This document shows positions 28,807 through 39,598 of a stretch of 64,000 bases of DNA, piece after piece. The notes under the pieces are model-generated. The model saw only the letters and a list, made by a program, of their open reading frames with translations. It made no database searches and was not told the DNA's origin. Position 1 is the first letter of the stretch. The number at the start of each line of letters is the position of its first letter. The DNA is from Lentisphaeria bacterium. GTDB lineage: Bacteria; Verrucomicrobiota; Lentisphaeria; JABSQK01; JAWLHB01. The DNA lies in the NCBI GenBank assembly GCA_041690595.1, contig JAWLHB010000004.1, positions 1 through 64,000 of the forward strand, written 5' to 3'. The position numbers and the translations under genes were made by a program.

Positions 28807-31587
28807 ATGGTTGCGAATCCCTCGGACGAGCCGCATGAGTCTCCTGCGGGCGATGGCCTTGAACGCCTGAAGCTGACGGCAATTCTTGACCGGCTGCCCA
28901 CCTGCATCCTGCTTCGCGATCAGCAAGGCCGCATCCTCTATGCAAACCAGATGATGCGTGAAAGCTTCGCTCATGACATCCAACCCTCGCTGGCCGCACA
29001 GCACTTCCGGGGCTGGAACCTGCAGTGGCCAGACGGCCGCCCATGCGACGCGGACGAACTGCCTACATCCCGCTCTCTGCGCGGTGAAACCGTCCTTCGC
29101 GAGGAAGTCATGCTCCGCGGCTCCGATGGCGGCTGGCGGCATCTGGCAGTCAGCGCCGCGCCCTTATACGATGAACATGACCAGATCATCTGCAGCCTTG
29201 TGGCGACCGAGGATATCACCGAGCGAAGGAGAGCCGAGAAGGCCGTGCAGGATAGAGAACAGCACCTGCGCGATATATTCAACAACATGGCGGCGATGAT
29301 CGGCGTTCTTGACATGGACGGCATCCTGATCGAGGCGAATCAGGCTGCCTTGCGGATGCTCGATCTCGAGTTTGACGACGTAGTTGGCAAGTCGCTGGTG
29401 GAGTGCCGCTGTTTGGCATGGTCGCCGGAGACTCAGCGCCAACTGCAAAGCGCCATCGAACGTGCTGTCAAGGGAGAAACCAGCCGGTTCGATGCCACCA
29501 TTCAGGTTGCCGACAACCAATTCAGAACAATCGACTTCATGCTCTCGCCCATGTATGACTCCGCTTGCCGGGTGGCTTACCTGATCCCATCCGCCATTGA
29601 CATAACGCAGCGGACTGACGCTGAAGAAGCTCTTCGGCATGAGCGGGAGAGCGCCGAATCCGAGCGCAATCGCCTCCAGGCTGTATTGGAGGTCCTGCCG
29701 GTTGCCGTCTTCATCGCCGATGCGGATGGGAGAGTGCATGCAACCAACAAGGTCGCCGATCAAATCTGGACGGTCGCTCGTCTCTCCGAGCAGCCTGAGC
29801 ACTATGGTGAGGACTACAAGGCATGGTGGACGGCCAACGGCAGGCGTGTGCAGGCCCATGAATGGGGTATGGCGCGTGCCTTGGCGCATGCCGAGGTATG
29901 CGTCGCCGAGGAGATGCTGATCGAGACCAGCGACGGCCAGCGAAAGGTCATCCTCAACTACGCGCAACCGATCCTTGACGGCGATGGCAACGTGACCGGC
30001 GGCGTCGCCGTGAATATCGACATCAGTGAGCGCAAGGAGGCCGAAGATGCTCTGCGCGAAAGCGAAGAGAAATTCAGGAAAGCTTTCCAGACGAATCCCT
30101 GCATCATGGTAATCAGCTCGCTGGAGGATGGGCGTTTCCTCGACTGTAACGAAGCATTCGAAAAGATAGTCGGCTATCCACGAGATGAGGTGATCGGCAT
30201 CTCTTCCCTCAGCGTCAACATCTGGCAGAATCCCGAGGAGCGGCAGCAACTGGTTCAGCAGATGCGCGAAAACGGTTACCTGCGCAATTTTGAGGTGGTT
30301 ATCCAGACCAAGAGCGGAGAAAATCGTACGGTGATGGTCTCTGCCGAGGCGATCAACCTGAAGGGCATGCCACATGTCATCTCCGCCTGGCTCGATATCA
30401 CGGAACGCAAGGAGCGTGAAGAGGAGGTGCGGCAGCTGAATGAAAACCTCGAAGTGCGGGTGCGCGAGCGGACAGAATTGGCCGAAGCACGCGCGCGGCA
30501 GTTGCAGGTGCTGGCGGTTGAACTCATCGAGGCAGAGGAACGTGAGCGGCAGCGCATTTCCGATTTGCTTCATGACGATCTGCAGCAGCTGCTTGCGGGC
30601 GCCAGGCTGCAGCTTCAGGCGGCCAGCCGCAATCTGCCGCCGACGCCTGCACTTGCCAACGTCGAGAATCTCCTCGAGGAATGCATCCGCAAGTCGCGCC
30701 GTCTGTCGCATGAACTCAGCCCGGCGGTCCTGAATCATTCGGGCCTGGTCGATGCGCTCGTGTGGCTCGGTCGGCAGATGGCCGAACAGGTCGGGCTCGA
30801 TGTGCAACTGGAGGTTGATGCAGCCGAGCATTTCGAAGCAACTCCACTGAAGATCTTCCTCTTCCGCGCTGTGCAGGAGCTCCTCTTCAACGTCTTCAAG
30901 CACGCCGGTGTCAAGCACGCGCGGGTGGAACTCCGCCGCGACGCTGAATGGCTCCAGATCGTGGTCAGCGATCGCGGTAAAGGCTTTGATCCGGCGATAA
31001 TCGACTCCTCGACGGTATCCGGAGGGGTGGGCATCCTGAGCCTGCGTGAACGCGCCCGCTTCATCGGCGGGAGGCTGGATATCCAGAGTAGTCCCGGGGC
31101 GGGGAGCCACTTTATGCTGAGGATACCCTTGCGGATCTCCGGGAGCGCCTTGTCTGCACCTCTGGAGAGTGTCACCCAGCCTGTCACTGCCGCCGCCGGC
31201 GGAGATGATCATGAACTGGCTGCACGCCTGCGCATTCTCTTTGCCGATGATCATCAGGTCGTTCGCCAGGCGCTCGTTGCCATGCTCACTGGGCAACCGG
31301 ATATTCTGGTGGTCGGAGAAGCCGCCAACGGCCTCGAAGCAGTAGAACTGGCCCACGAGCTGCACCCTGACCTCGTGATCATGGATGTCACCATGCCGGT
31401 GATGGATGGACTCGAAGCCACCCGCCGTATCAGGCGCGAGCTTCCCGACGTGAGGGTAATCGGCCTTTCCATGTTCGAGGACGAGCAGATTGCCACCGCC
31501 ATGCAGCAGGCGGGCGCGACTGCCTTCGTGAGTAAGACCGCCTCCCCCGGAGAGCTGCTCAAGGCCATCTATGCCACCAGAAGCTGA
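28807..31587 (+). CDS. Multi-PAS hybrid histidine kinase (HisKA_3) with C-terminal NarL-type receiver
   Basis: Four PAS domains; ERQRISDLLHDDLQQ, QELLFNVFKHA, SDRGKGFD, GGVGILSLRER; receiver ILFADDH...IMDVTMP. Confidence 0.92.
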   Translation: MVANPSDEPHESPAGDGLERLKLTAILDRLPTCILLRDQQGRILYANQMMRESFAHDIQPSLAAQHFRGWNLQWPDGRPCDADELPTSRSLRGETVLREEVMLRGSDGGWRHLAVSAAPLYDEHDQIICSLVATEDITERRRAEKAVQDREQHLRDIFNNMAAMIGVLDMDGILIEANQAALRMLDLEFDDVVGKSLVECRCLAWSPETQRQLQSAIERAVKGETSRFDATIQVADNQFRTIDFMLSPMYDSACRVAYLIPSAIDITQRTDAEEALRHERESAESERNRLQAVLEVLPVAVFIADADGRVHATNKVADQIWTVARLSEQPEHYGEDYKAWWTANGRRVQAHEWGMARALAHAEVCVAEEMLIETSDGQRKVILNYAQPILDGDGNVTGGVAVNIDISERKEAEDALRESEEKFRKAFQTNPCIMVISSLEDGRFLDCNEAFEKIVGYPRDEVIGISSLSVNIWQNPEERQQLVQQMRENGYLRNFEVVIQTKSGENRTVMVSAEAINLKGMPHVISAWLDITERKEREEEVRQLNENLEVRVRERTELAEARARQLQVLAVELIEAEERERQRISDLLHDDLQQLLAGARLQLQAASRNLPPTPALANVENLLEECIRKSRRLSHELSPAVLNHSGLVDALVWLGRQMAEQVGLDVQLEVDAAEHFEATPLKIFLFRAVQELLFNVFKHAGVKHARVELRRDAEWLQIVVSDRGKGFDPAIIDSSTVSGGVGILSLRERARFIGGRLDIQSSPGAGSHFMLRIPLRISGSALSAPLESVTQPVTAAAGGDDHELAARLRILFADDHQVVRQALVAMLTGQPDILVVGEAANGLEAVELAHELHPDLVIMDVTMPVMDGLEATRRIRRELPDVRVIGLSMFEDEQIATAMQQAGATAFVSKTASPGELLKAIYATRS

Positions 31588-31593
31588 TGCGCC

Positions 31594-32031
31594 TCAGGGT
31601 TGGGTCGCTGTCCGGCAAAGCTGCTCCAACTGTTGCAGAAAGCGCGAACGATCGCGCTTGTCGAAAGGGGCGGGGCCGCCAGTCATTGTCCCTTCGTCGC
31701 GCAGCTGCGTCAGCAGATTCCGCGTCGCCAGGATGCCGCCGATATTCCGCGCGTCATAGATCCTGCCCGTCGGCGTCAACACTACGGCTCCACGCTCGAT
31801 GCACCGAGCCGCCAGAGGCACGTCGGTGGTGATCACGATGTCCCCCGCTTCCACGTGCTCGACGATCCAATCGTCCGCTTCGTCGATGGCCGTCTTCACC
31901 GTCACCAGAGTTACCCATTCCGGATGACGCATGGCGATACAGGCAACCAGCGTCACCGGCAGCTTGTGACGCAACGCCACCTTGTAAATCTCGTCCTTGA
32001 TCGGACAGGCGTCCGCATCCACAATGATCAT
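31594..32031 (-). CDS. YaiI/YqxD family protein
   Basis: VDADACP, DEADDWI, VITTDVPLA. Confidence 0.92.
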   Translation of the reverse strand: MIIVDADACPIKDEIYKVALRHKLPVTLVACIAMRHPEWVTLVTVKTAIDEADDWIVEHVEAGDIVITTDVPLAARCIERGAVVLTPTGRIYDARNIGGILATRNLLTQLRDEGTMTGGPAPFDKRDRSRFLQQLEQLCRTATQP

Positions 32032-32162
32032 CGCGATTTCCTCACTGGCTGCCGATCTCGCATCTCAACAAGCGGGCTGATTATCAAGGGCAACATCCAG
32101 CCTGTGCAAGCGGTTTGCGCTCCGATAACCTGATCGTCTGATGCTGCCCTCACTTGCGCCCG

Positions 32163-32966
32163 TCAGCGCAGGCCGAGCACGTCCTGCATGTCATAGCAGC
32201 CGGCCTTCGCCGTCGTCAGGAACTTGGCCGCACGCAAGGCGCCCTTGACGAAGGTGTCGCGGCTGGACGCTTTGTGAGTCAACTCGATTCGTTCGCCCGT
32301 CGTGGCATAGATGATCGTATGATCGCCAACCACGTCGCCTCCTCGCAGGGCATGCATGCCGATCTCGGCTTTGGGCCGGGCACCGACAATTCCGTGACGA
32401 CCGTGAGCGGTCTGTTCCTGATAGCTCAGCTCACGCGCTTCCGCCAGGATCTCGCCCAGGCGCTCGGCCGTGCCGCTGGGAGCGTCCTTCTTCTGGTTGT
32501 GGTGCATTTCGACCACCTCGATGTCGTAGTCTTCCCCAAGCGTCCGCGCTACTTTGCCGCACAGTGCGAAAAGCAGATTGACCCCCACGCTCATGTTCGG
32601 CGCGAAGACGATACGTGCGCCGGCCGCGCCGGCCTCCTTCACCACCGCCTTCTGCGCATCGTTCAGTCCGGTGATGCCGAGCACATAGGCGCAACCCTGC
32701 TCACGCGCCACCCGCAGTCGATTCTCCAGCCCAGATGGGGCCGAAAAGTCGATCGCCACATCCGCGGCGCCGGCTATCCCGGCAAAATCCAGGGTCACGG
32801 GCACCTTGAGGCTGCCCACGCCCGCCAACTCGCCGGCGTCCTGTCCAACCATCGCCTCATTCGCGTCGATCGCGCCAACCAGTTGGAGGTCGGCATCCGC
32901 CGAGGTGAGAGCGACTATGCGACGGCCCATGCGGCCCGCTGCTCCGATAACGGCTATCTTGATCAT
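32163..32966 (-). CDS. dapB: 4-hydroxy-tetrahydrodipicolinate reductase
   Basis: GAAGRMG, IDFS, APNMSVGVN, EMHHNQKKDAPSGTA. Confidence 0.97.
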   Translation of the reverse strand: MIKIAVIGAAGRMGRRIVALTSADADLQLVGAIDANEAMVGQDAGELAGVGSLKVPVTLDFAGIAGAADVAIDFSAPSGLENRLRVAREQGCAYVLGITGLNDAQKAVVKEAGAAGARIVFAPNMSVGVNLLFALCGKVARTLGEDYDIEVVEMHHNQKKDAPSGTAERLGEILAEARELSYQEQTAHGRHGIVGARPKAEIGMHALRGGDVVGDHTIIYATTGERIELTHKASSRDTFVKGALRAAKFLTTAKAGCYDMQDVLGLR

Positions 32967-32977
32967 GGATGCCTCGA

Positions 32978-33847
32978 TTAGACGTCGATTCCGGTTTCAC
33001 GCATCACCGCCAGAAGCTTCTGGCGGTTGGCGTCGCTCATGGCGCAGAGCGGCAGCCGATACTCTTCCTCGATCCAACCCACCGCCGCGACCGCCGCCTT
33101 GATCGGTATCGGATTCGTCTCGATGAAGATCACATTGAAGAACTTGTACAGCTCGTAGTGCAGCGCCCGCGCACCGGCAAAATCGCCGGCGTTGGCAAGC
33201 TCCGTCAACCGCTGAACCTTTGCCGGAATCACATTCGAGGCGACACTGATAACCCCCTTGGCGCCAAGCACCATCATCGGCAGCGTCAGCGAGTCGTCGC
33301 CGCTCACCACGGTGATATCGCAGACATCCAGGATGGCACTCACCCGATCCGCGCTTCCGCCCGCCTCCTTTACCGCCACAATGTGCGGATGCGATGCCAG
33401 GCGGGCCACGGTCTCCACCTTGATCTCCACCCCGGTTCGCCCCGGAACATTGTACAGGACCACGGGCAGGCCGATGTCGGCAATCGTGCTGAAATGGCGA
33501 TAGAGCCCTTCCTGCGTCGGCTTGTTGTAGTAGGGCGTAACCTGGAGCGTCCCGTCAGCTCCCACCTCTTTCGCATGCTTGGTCAGCTTGATGGCTTCGT
33601 CGGTGGCATTGCCGCCCGTGCCGGCGATCACCTGGCAACGGCCATCCACGACCTCGATGACCGTTTCGATGACCTTGTCATGCTCGGCAAAATTGAGGGT
33701 TGGCGATTCACCGGTAGTGCCGACCGGCACGATGCCGGCTACCCCGGCGGCCACCTGGCGCACCACCATGGCTTTCAGTGCGGCGATATCCACCTGGCCA
33801 TTCTTGAACGGAGTGACGATCGCCGTGTAACATCCTAGCAGTTGCAT
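32978..33847 (-). CDS. dapA: 4-hydroxy-tetrahydrodipicolinate synthase
   Basis: GTTGESPTL, TPYYNKPTQEG, LYNVPGRT, VKEA, SGDD, ETNPIPIK. Confidence 0.97.
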   Translation of the reverse strand: MQLLGCYTAIVTPFKNGQVDIAALKAMVVRQVAAGVAGIVPVGTTGESPTLNFAEHDKVIETVIEVVDGRCQVIAGTGGNATDEAIKLTKHAKEVGADGTLQVTPYYNKPTQEGLYRHFSTIADIGLPVVLYNVPGRTGVEIKVETVARLASHPHIVAVKEAGGSADRVSAILDVCDITVVSGDDSLTLPMMVLGAKGVISVASNVIPAKVQRLTELANAGDFAGARALHYELYKFFNVIFIETNPIPIKAAVAAVGWIEEEYRLPLCAMSDANRQKLLAVMRETGIDV

Positions 33848-34145
33848 GTCCTCTTCCTCTCTGATCCCAACTACACCTTTAATTCGGTACGGGCCGATGA
33901 CGCATGAACAGTTCCCCCACAACGCACCCCTGGCGGCGGTAAACCGGCGTCAAAACCTCAACAGTAACCCCCGCCGTCCATTATGCCAGTCTCCCTCCGC
34001 AAAAACCGCCCCCTGTCACCCGACTGCTTCGGACTGCGCTCCTCATTTGCATCCTGAGTCAATCAGCCGTAGGGTAGAAAAGGCCGCGCCATTGACAGAG
34101 TAGATTTCGCTTACCTCCTCATCACTTCGAGCCAGAGATCCACTT

Positions 34146-35240
34146 GTGAAGGCTACCGACACGCGCCGCGCCCGATACCTCGCCATCGCCGAAACCTTGC
34201 GCGAAGAGGCGACCCGTCTCCCCCCTGGCCAGCAATTGCCTACCCAAAGCCAGTTGCGAAAGCGCTTCCGCGCTGGCGAAGAAACCATCTGCAGCGCTAT
34301 CGGCGAACTCGAAAAGGAAGGACTCGTCCGAAAGCAGGCAGGACGCGGCGTCTTTGTCACCGCCCTGCGGCCCGAGCGCGCCGTCGCCATCCTTACCGAA
34401 CTGGACATCTCCCGCCCCGGCACCTCCGCTTTCTTCCTTCGCTTGATCCATTCCCTGCGCGAGTTCTTCGCCGACTCCGGACAGCAGAGCCGCCTCTATG
34501 TCGGGCACCGCAATCCGCTTGAACAGACCGCCCCGGAACGCATCAGCTGCGAAGAGTTTCTGCGCGACGCTCAGGCCGGCCGCATCAAGGCCGCCGTCAC
34601 CGTCTGCACCAATCTGAATCTGCTCCGCAAGAGCCTCACTGCCAGCAGCTTCCCCATCGTCTCCACCGACCTCTCCGGCGGCGTGGGATGGGTCGACTAC
34701 AACGACATGGTCTGCCAGGCAGTCCGGTACCTCGTCAGCAACGGCCGCCGCCGCATTGCCCTGATCGGCCACCGCAATTTCCCATGCACCAGCCCGGCCC
34801 ATGGCCTCGACGCCTTCATCTCCTGCCTCCATTCCCTTGGCCTGCAGCCTTGCGACGAATGGCAGCAGATGGTCACCGGCACCCATCCGGGCGAGATGGG
34901 AGCCGACGCTTTCCGCCGCATTTGGCACGCTCGCGAAATCAAGCCCGACGGCTTGGTCGTCCTCGACGACCTCTGCTACTACAGCCTTGCCCCGCTTCTC
35001 CTCTACAACCGCATCGAAGTACCCGACCACTTGATGATCGTCAGTCACGCCAACAAGGACAACCCCTGGCCGATGATCCCCGAGCCGATCCGACTCGAGA
35101 TCGATCCCGACGCCTTCGCCCGCGCTGTCGGCATCGAGTTGTTGCGGCAGCTCGACCTGCTCAGCCACACCTCCGAGAACATCCCGCCGATCCTTCGCCT
35201 CATTGAAGAGGCCACCGGCTCCCGCGGACTCGCCCTGTAA
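34146..35240 (+). CDS. GntR-type wHTH + LacI-like periplasmic-binding-fold transcriptional regulator
   Basis: LPTQSQLRKRF...AIGELEKEGLVRKQAGRGVFV; GRRRIALI, PDGLVVLDD. Confidence 0.85.
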   Translation: MKATDTRRARYLAIAETLREEATRLPPGQQLPTQSQLRKRFRAGEETICSAIGELEKEGLVRKQAGRGVFVTALRPERAVAILTELDISRPGTSAFFLRLIHSLREFFADSGQQSRLYVGHRNPLEQTAPERISCEEFLRDAQAGRIKAAVTVCTNLNLLRKSLTASSFPIVSTDLSGGVGWVDYNDMVCQAVRYLVSNGRRRIALIGHRNFPCTSPAHGLDAFISCLHSLGLQPCDEWQQMVTGTHPGEMGADAFRRIWHAREIKPDGLVVLDDLCYYSLAPLLLYNRIEVPDHLMIVSHANKDNPWPMIPEPIRLEIDPDAFARAVGIELLRQLDLLSHTSENIPPILRLIEEATGSRGLAL

Positions 35241-35242
35241 GT

Positions 35243-37009
35243 TCAGCTCAACGCGAGTCTTCGTCCATCACCCAGGCGCAGCATGAGCCCGTCCGGCTTG
35301 AGCATCAGGCCATCCACTGCCGTCCGACTGCCGAACGCCCAGACGATCGTCGCATCCACGTCGACATGCAGCGTGGTGCACAGCGTGAGCTGGCCGCGCG
35401 AACCGGGGAGACGGTTGATATCCGCCTGCGTCAACGTCTGCTGCAGGCAGCGTATCCAGAGCAAATCCCCATCCATCTCGATGAGGGCGCGTCCATCCTC
35501 CGCCCACCATCCGGCCTCCGCGTGCCCGTGCCAGGCATAGCTCACGATGGCGTCGCTGCGCAACCGCAGCCGGTCGGCGACGATTACCAGCCGATCGCTG
35601 GCCAGCCAGACCGACCGCACCGCCCGCTCCACGCCGGCTTCGTCCGGGTAGCAGGCCGAGATATCCAGCATCTGCCTGGCACCGTCGGCATCCCGCTCCA
35701 GCACCATCGGCAGCCTGGCCTCTCTCAACGCCGCCGCATGTCCGTGAACCACCGGATGATTGTGTGCCCGCGTACCCAGCGTGAAAGTCCGCTCCGCCGT
35801 CTCCAGGTACTGCTGATAGCCGGGATCGTCAATCAGCCATCGCCCCCGCTTGCCGATCACGATCGAGCCATTATCGCCTTGCAGATGTCCCTGCCGCGAA
35901 TCGTGTGCCGACATCGCCACCGCCAGGTCGCCCGCTTCCCAGCCCGTCCGCATCAGGCCCACCGACGGCAGTTGCACCACCAGCGGCGGCTCCTCCGCGG
36001 CTGGAACAGATGCCAGGCTGCCTATCGCTCCCAGCGCATCCGCCCGCCAGCCCGTCAATGCCAGCCGTCGCAGGTACCACGCCGCCCGCGGCAACTCCAG
36101 CCGTCCCAGCAGCTTCGCCGAACCACTGACATGGAAGGGCATCTCCAGCGGCTCCACGTCACCCAGCGGCGGCACGATCATCAGATCGCCCGGCGCCCCC
36201 ATGCACGCGGCACGCTCCGCCACCTCCCGCAGCCCCGGCTCCGCCAGCACCTCAGCCTGCAACGCGTCTGGCGCCCCATCCAGCCAGTCTGCCACAAAGT
36301 CCAGAACGTAACCGTCATAGCAGATACCTTCGCTGCGACTGTCGGTGGATCGATGGCGCATCGTCGTGCGGATCAACTCGGCCACGTAAGCATCCGTCGC
36401 GTCGCGGTCCCGATCGGCAATCAGGCGCCCAGCCAGGGCCAGACCGATCTTGCCGATCAGCACGATATTGCTGATCGCGGTTCTCTCCCGCTCACCTTCC
36501 GCCAGATTCTCCCATCCCTGCCGCTCCTCGCGCAGATACGTGCGATAGCTGTCCAGCACAAAACTACAGGCGTTTCGAACATTGGCATCCACGCTTGCCG
36601 GCAGCCACGCCCACTGGTGCAGGGCTCGCGCCATCGTCCGCATGAAGTGCCCCAGAGGCAGCCCGTTGAGCACCCCCGGACCATACCGCCGCCAGCCTGC
36701 CAGCGCGATCAGATCCCGCCCCACAAGCTCCCGGCAGCGCTCCTCCCCCTCCCATTCGCCCGCCCAGCCCAGCGTCATCAGCCGCTCTTCCAGCGCCCAA
36801 CTCATCCAGGTATCCCATGGGTACGACGCCGTCAGTTGGCGGACCGGAAAAGCCAGCATTCCCGCATCCTCGATCGGTAGCGGCCATGAGATCCGCCGGC
36901 GTATCCGGTAGTAATCCACGGTGAGACGCTCAGCGGCAACCTGAGCCGCAACCCGAGAAAGCAACTCCGCGCGCGCCGCCGCGACAAATGGCTCGATGGC
37001 ATCCGGCAT
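35243..37009 (-). CDS. Heparinase II/III-family (polysaccharide lyase-like) protein
   Basis: EGICY, PPLGD, MRTGW, GHLQGDNGS, WLIDDPGY, AHNHPVV, RSV..LVIVAD. Confidence 0.75.
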   Translation of the reverse strand: MPDAIEPFVAAARAELLSRVAAQVAAERLTVDYYRIRRRISWPLPIEDAGMLAFPVRQLTASYPWDTWMSWALEERLMTLGWAGEWEGEERCRELVGRDLIALAGWRRYGPGVLNGLPLGHFMRTMARALHQWAWLPASVDANVRNACSFVLDSYRTYLREERQGWENLAEGERERTAISNIVLIGKIGLALAGRLIADRDRDATDAYVAELIRTTMRHRSTDSRSEGICYDGYVLDFVADWLDGAPDALQAEVLAEPGLREVAERAACMGAPGDLMIVPPLGDVEPLEMPFHVSGSAKLLGRLELPRAAWYLRRLALTGWRADALGAIGSLASVPAAEEPPLVVQLPSVGLMRTGWEAGDLAVAMSAHDSRQGHLQGDNGSIVIGKRGRWLIDDPGYQQYLETAERTFTLGTRAHNHPVVHGHAAALREARLPMVLERDADGARQMLDISACYPDEAGVERAVRSVWLASDRLVIVADRLRLRSDAIVSYAWHGHAEAGWWAEDGRALIEMDGDLLWIRCLQQTLTQADINRLPGSRGQLTLCTTLHVDVDATIVWAFGSRTAVDGLMLKPDGLMLRLGDGRRLALS

Positions 37010-37114
37010 GACGAATCATTCCTATGGCAAAGATGGTAGTGCGAGGCTTGGCAACTGCATCCCGCCATGCCCGCATTACAATAGCGGACCCCTTCCGGCA
37101 AAACCACCCAGCTT

Positions 37115-38149
37115 TCAGCGCCGCACGAGATTTGGCGGCAGGTAGTGGACCTTGGGCTCCAGGTTTGGATGCCGCTGCAAGGTGACAATCAGCTCGCAGA
37201 CGCTCTCCACCAGCCGCGGCACTCGCCAGTCGACCGTACTGAATCGGCTCCCCTTCAGGCCCCAAGGCGTGTTACCATACCCAATGGGATCGAGCCGTTC
37301 CACCAACTCCGGCCGCGACGTCCCCAACGCCTCCCGCACTGCCCAGGTATCCGCATCGCGCAAGCCGAACAACGCCGTCGGTGCCGACTCCCCCTCCATC
37401 ACCTGCAGCAGCGCCGCGGTATCCAGCAGGTGAGGTTTGTCCTGACGCCACTCCACTCTGAACGGCAGCCAGGAGCCGCCGCTTCCTTCCCAGGCACGGA
37501 TGAAAGCGCTGCCGCAGGATCCATTGTTCACCCGCAGTTGTGCCAGCAACTCCCCCGGGCCCGCAACCAGAACCTCCCGATGCCCCCGCTCCTCAAGGAA
37601 CTCCGCCACGAGCCGCCCGCCCAAGGCATGATCGATCAGTACCTGATGCAGCTGGGGCAGTCTCTCCGCGATGTCGTAATCCAGAACCGCCACACACCGG
37701 CTGCGACCGAATACCGGATGCTTCAGCGCCGGCCAAGGAAAGGCTCGGCAGCCGCGCATCAACACCACGTCATATCGACGGCGCAGCCCTTGTGCGGCAA
37801 GCTCGCCAGGCGTCAGCCCCTGAAGATCGACCACATCTACCTGCATGCCGGCGCGCTGCAGCCCAGCCACCAGCAGGTCGGCCGTCTCCTGGTAGACATG
37901 CGTCCGCAGTTCGATGCAGATCAGCACCGAAAGCGGCTCGCCGAGCCCGGGGGTCGGTGTATACCACTCGTGATCCCGTACATTCAGATGCCCCGAAGCT
38001 TGCAGCTGCGACAGCGCCGTCTCCACCTCCGCTGTCTTCACCTGCATCTCCCTCGCAAGCGCTTCCGCTCCTGGCAGAACAGCTCCCCTCGGCCACCGGC
38101 CACCGGCCATCTCTTTCAGCAGGCGTTCAGCTACGCCGCCAACCCGCAT
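37115..38149 (-). CDS. GntR wHTH + LacI-like sensor transcriptional regulator
   Basis: LPGAEALAREMQV...ALSQL; IDHALGGRLVAEFL, PTALFG, IGYGNT, FSTVD. Start codon uncertain (alternative 38209). Confidence 0.8.
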   Translation of the reverse strand: MRVGGVAERLLKEMAGGRWPRGAVLPGAEALAREMQVKTAEVETALSQLQASGHLNVRDHEWYTPTPGLGEPLSVLICIELRTHVYQETADLLVAGLQRAGMQVDVVDLQGLTPGELAAQGLRRRYDVVLMRGCRAFPWPALKHPVFGRSRCVAVLDYDIAERLPQLHQVLIDHALGGRLVAEFLEERGHREVLVAGPGELLAQLRVNNGSCGSAFIRAWEGSGGSWLPFRVEWRQDKPHLLDTAALLQVMEGESAPTALFGLRDADTWAVREALGTSRPELVERLDPIGYGNTPWGLKGSRFSTVDWRVPRLVESVCELIVTLQRHPNLEPKVHYLPPNLVRR

Positions 38150-38293
38150 CCCTTCCTCTGGATCGTCCACGTTACCGCCGTCAGAAAAACTGGTTCCTTC
38201 ACTCACCAACCCCGAATCGCCCGTAAGCTAATCCTCTACCCTCAGCATGCAAACGATAGTTTCAGATATCGTTAGGATTTTTTCCAGTTTTCC

Positions 38294-39598
38294 TCAGCGC
38301 CAGTCATCGCGGAAAATGACCGCCTGCGTGAAGCTCTTCAGGCGGCTCTGCCAATTCATCTCATGCACCGTGAATGCTCGCAGATCCTGCGCCACCGCCG
38401 TCGCGTTGGCATACCGTTCCGCGGCGTCCTTCTTCAGCGTCTTTGCCAGGATATCAATCAACGCCAACGGAAATTGACGATCGTGACGGCGCGGATTCTT
38501 TGGCTTCGATTCGCAGATCCTCGCCGCCACCTGCGAAATGCTCTCACCCTCGAAAGGAACCTCGCCCAGCAGGAACTCGTAAGCCAGAACCCCGAACGAG
38601 AAGATGTCCGCCCGTGCGTCCACATGCGCCGTATTGAAGCTTTCCGGCGCCATGTACAGCGGCGACCCCAGAATCTGATCGTGCATGGTCAACTCCGAGC
38701 CAGGCGCCCGCGCCACCCCGAAATCGGTTACCTTCGCCACATCGCCATCCATCACCATCACATTCGACGGCTTGATGTCCCGATGGCAGATCCCCTGCTC
38801 GTGGATGCACGCCAACGCATCGCAGATCGACGCGAGCAACTTCGCCCGCCGCCCATAGTCCTTGCGGTCAAAGCGCTTGCCGTAGATGTGCAGCGGCAGA
38901 CCATCCACGTACTCCATCACGATGTAGGGAACCAACTCCTCGTCCGCCAGACCATAGTCATGGATCCGTACGATGTTCGGATGATTCACCCGTGAGGCAA
39001 TTTCCGCCTCCCGCACAAAGCGCTCCAACTGCTCGCGACGCTGGTCTTCCTCCTCCAGCGTCGAGCGAATCAGCTTGAGCGCGTAGCGCTGGTTGTTGCG
39101 CTCCGCCTCATAAATCACCCCCATCGCCCCTTCGCTTATCGTCCGAACGACCGTGTAGCCGCCAATGACACGATCCGGCGCCTCCATCAGCAACGTGCGG
39201 TTCACCGCATCGTCGTCTCGATCAGGCAACGCCGCCACAATGATGCTCCGCAGGCGGTTCAGATCGTACGGCTTCGTAAGATAATCCACGGCCCCCATTC
39301 GCAGCGACTGGACCGCGGTATCGATGGAAGGTTTGCCCGTGATCAGGACCACCGGCAGCTTCGGATGCAGAGCGTGCAACTCCCGCAGCAGCTCCGTACC
39401 CTTCTTCCGCGGCATGTCCACATCGGTCAACACGAGGTGAATCTCATGCTTCTCCAGCTGTTCGAGGGCTTCCACCCCGTCACCAGCTACCACCACCTCG
39501 TACCCATGGTAGGCCAGAAACTCACTCAGCATTTCACAAGCGCCCGGCTCGTCATCCACCACCAGAATTCGTTGCACGTCCACGGAAGGAATCCCCAT
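38294..39598 (-). CDS. Receiver domain fused to Hanks-type Ser/Thr protein kinase
   Basis: REC: ILVVDDE, LTDVDMP, ITG, LTKP. Kinase: EGAMGVIY, ALK, HRDIKPSN, DFG, YMAPE, DIFSFG. Confidence 0.93.
   Translation of the reverse strand: MGIPSVDVQRILVVDDEPGACEMLSEFLAYHGYEVVVAGDGVEALEQLEKHEIHLVLTDVDMPRKKGTELLRELHALHPKLPVVLITGKPSIDTAVQSLRMGAVDYLTKPYDLNRLRSIIVAALPDRDDDAVNRTLLMEAPDRVIGGYTVVRTISEGAMGVIYEAERNNQRYALKLIRSTLEEEDQRREQLERFVREAEIASRVNHPNIVRIHDYGLADEELVPYIVMEYVDGLPLHIYGKRFDRKDYGRRAKLLASICDALACIHEQGICHRDIKPSNVMVMDGDVAKVTDFGVARAPGSELTMHDQILGSPLYMAPESFNTAHVDARADIFSFGVLAYEFLLGEVPFEGESISQVAARICESKPKNPRRHDRQFPLALIDILAKTLKKDAAERYANATAVAQDLRAFTVHEMNWQSRLKSFTQAVIFRDDWR

Noticed and set aside
33848..34145. 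Lysine riboswitch upstream of dapA
   Set aside because: No recognisable conserved core or terminator; a covariance-model search (Rfam Lysine) would be decisive.
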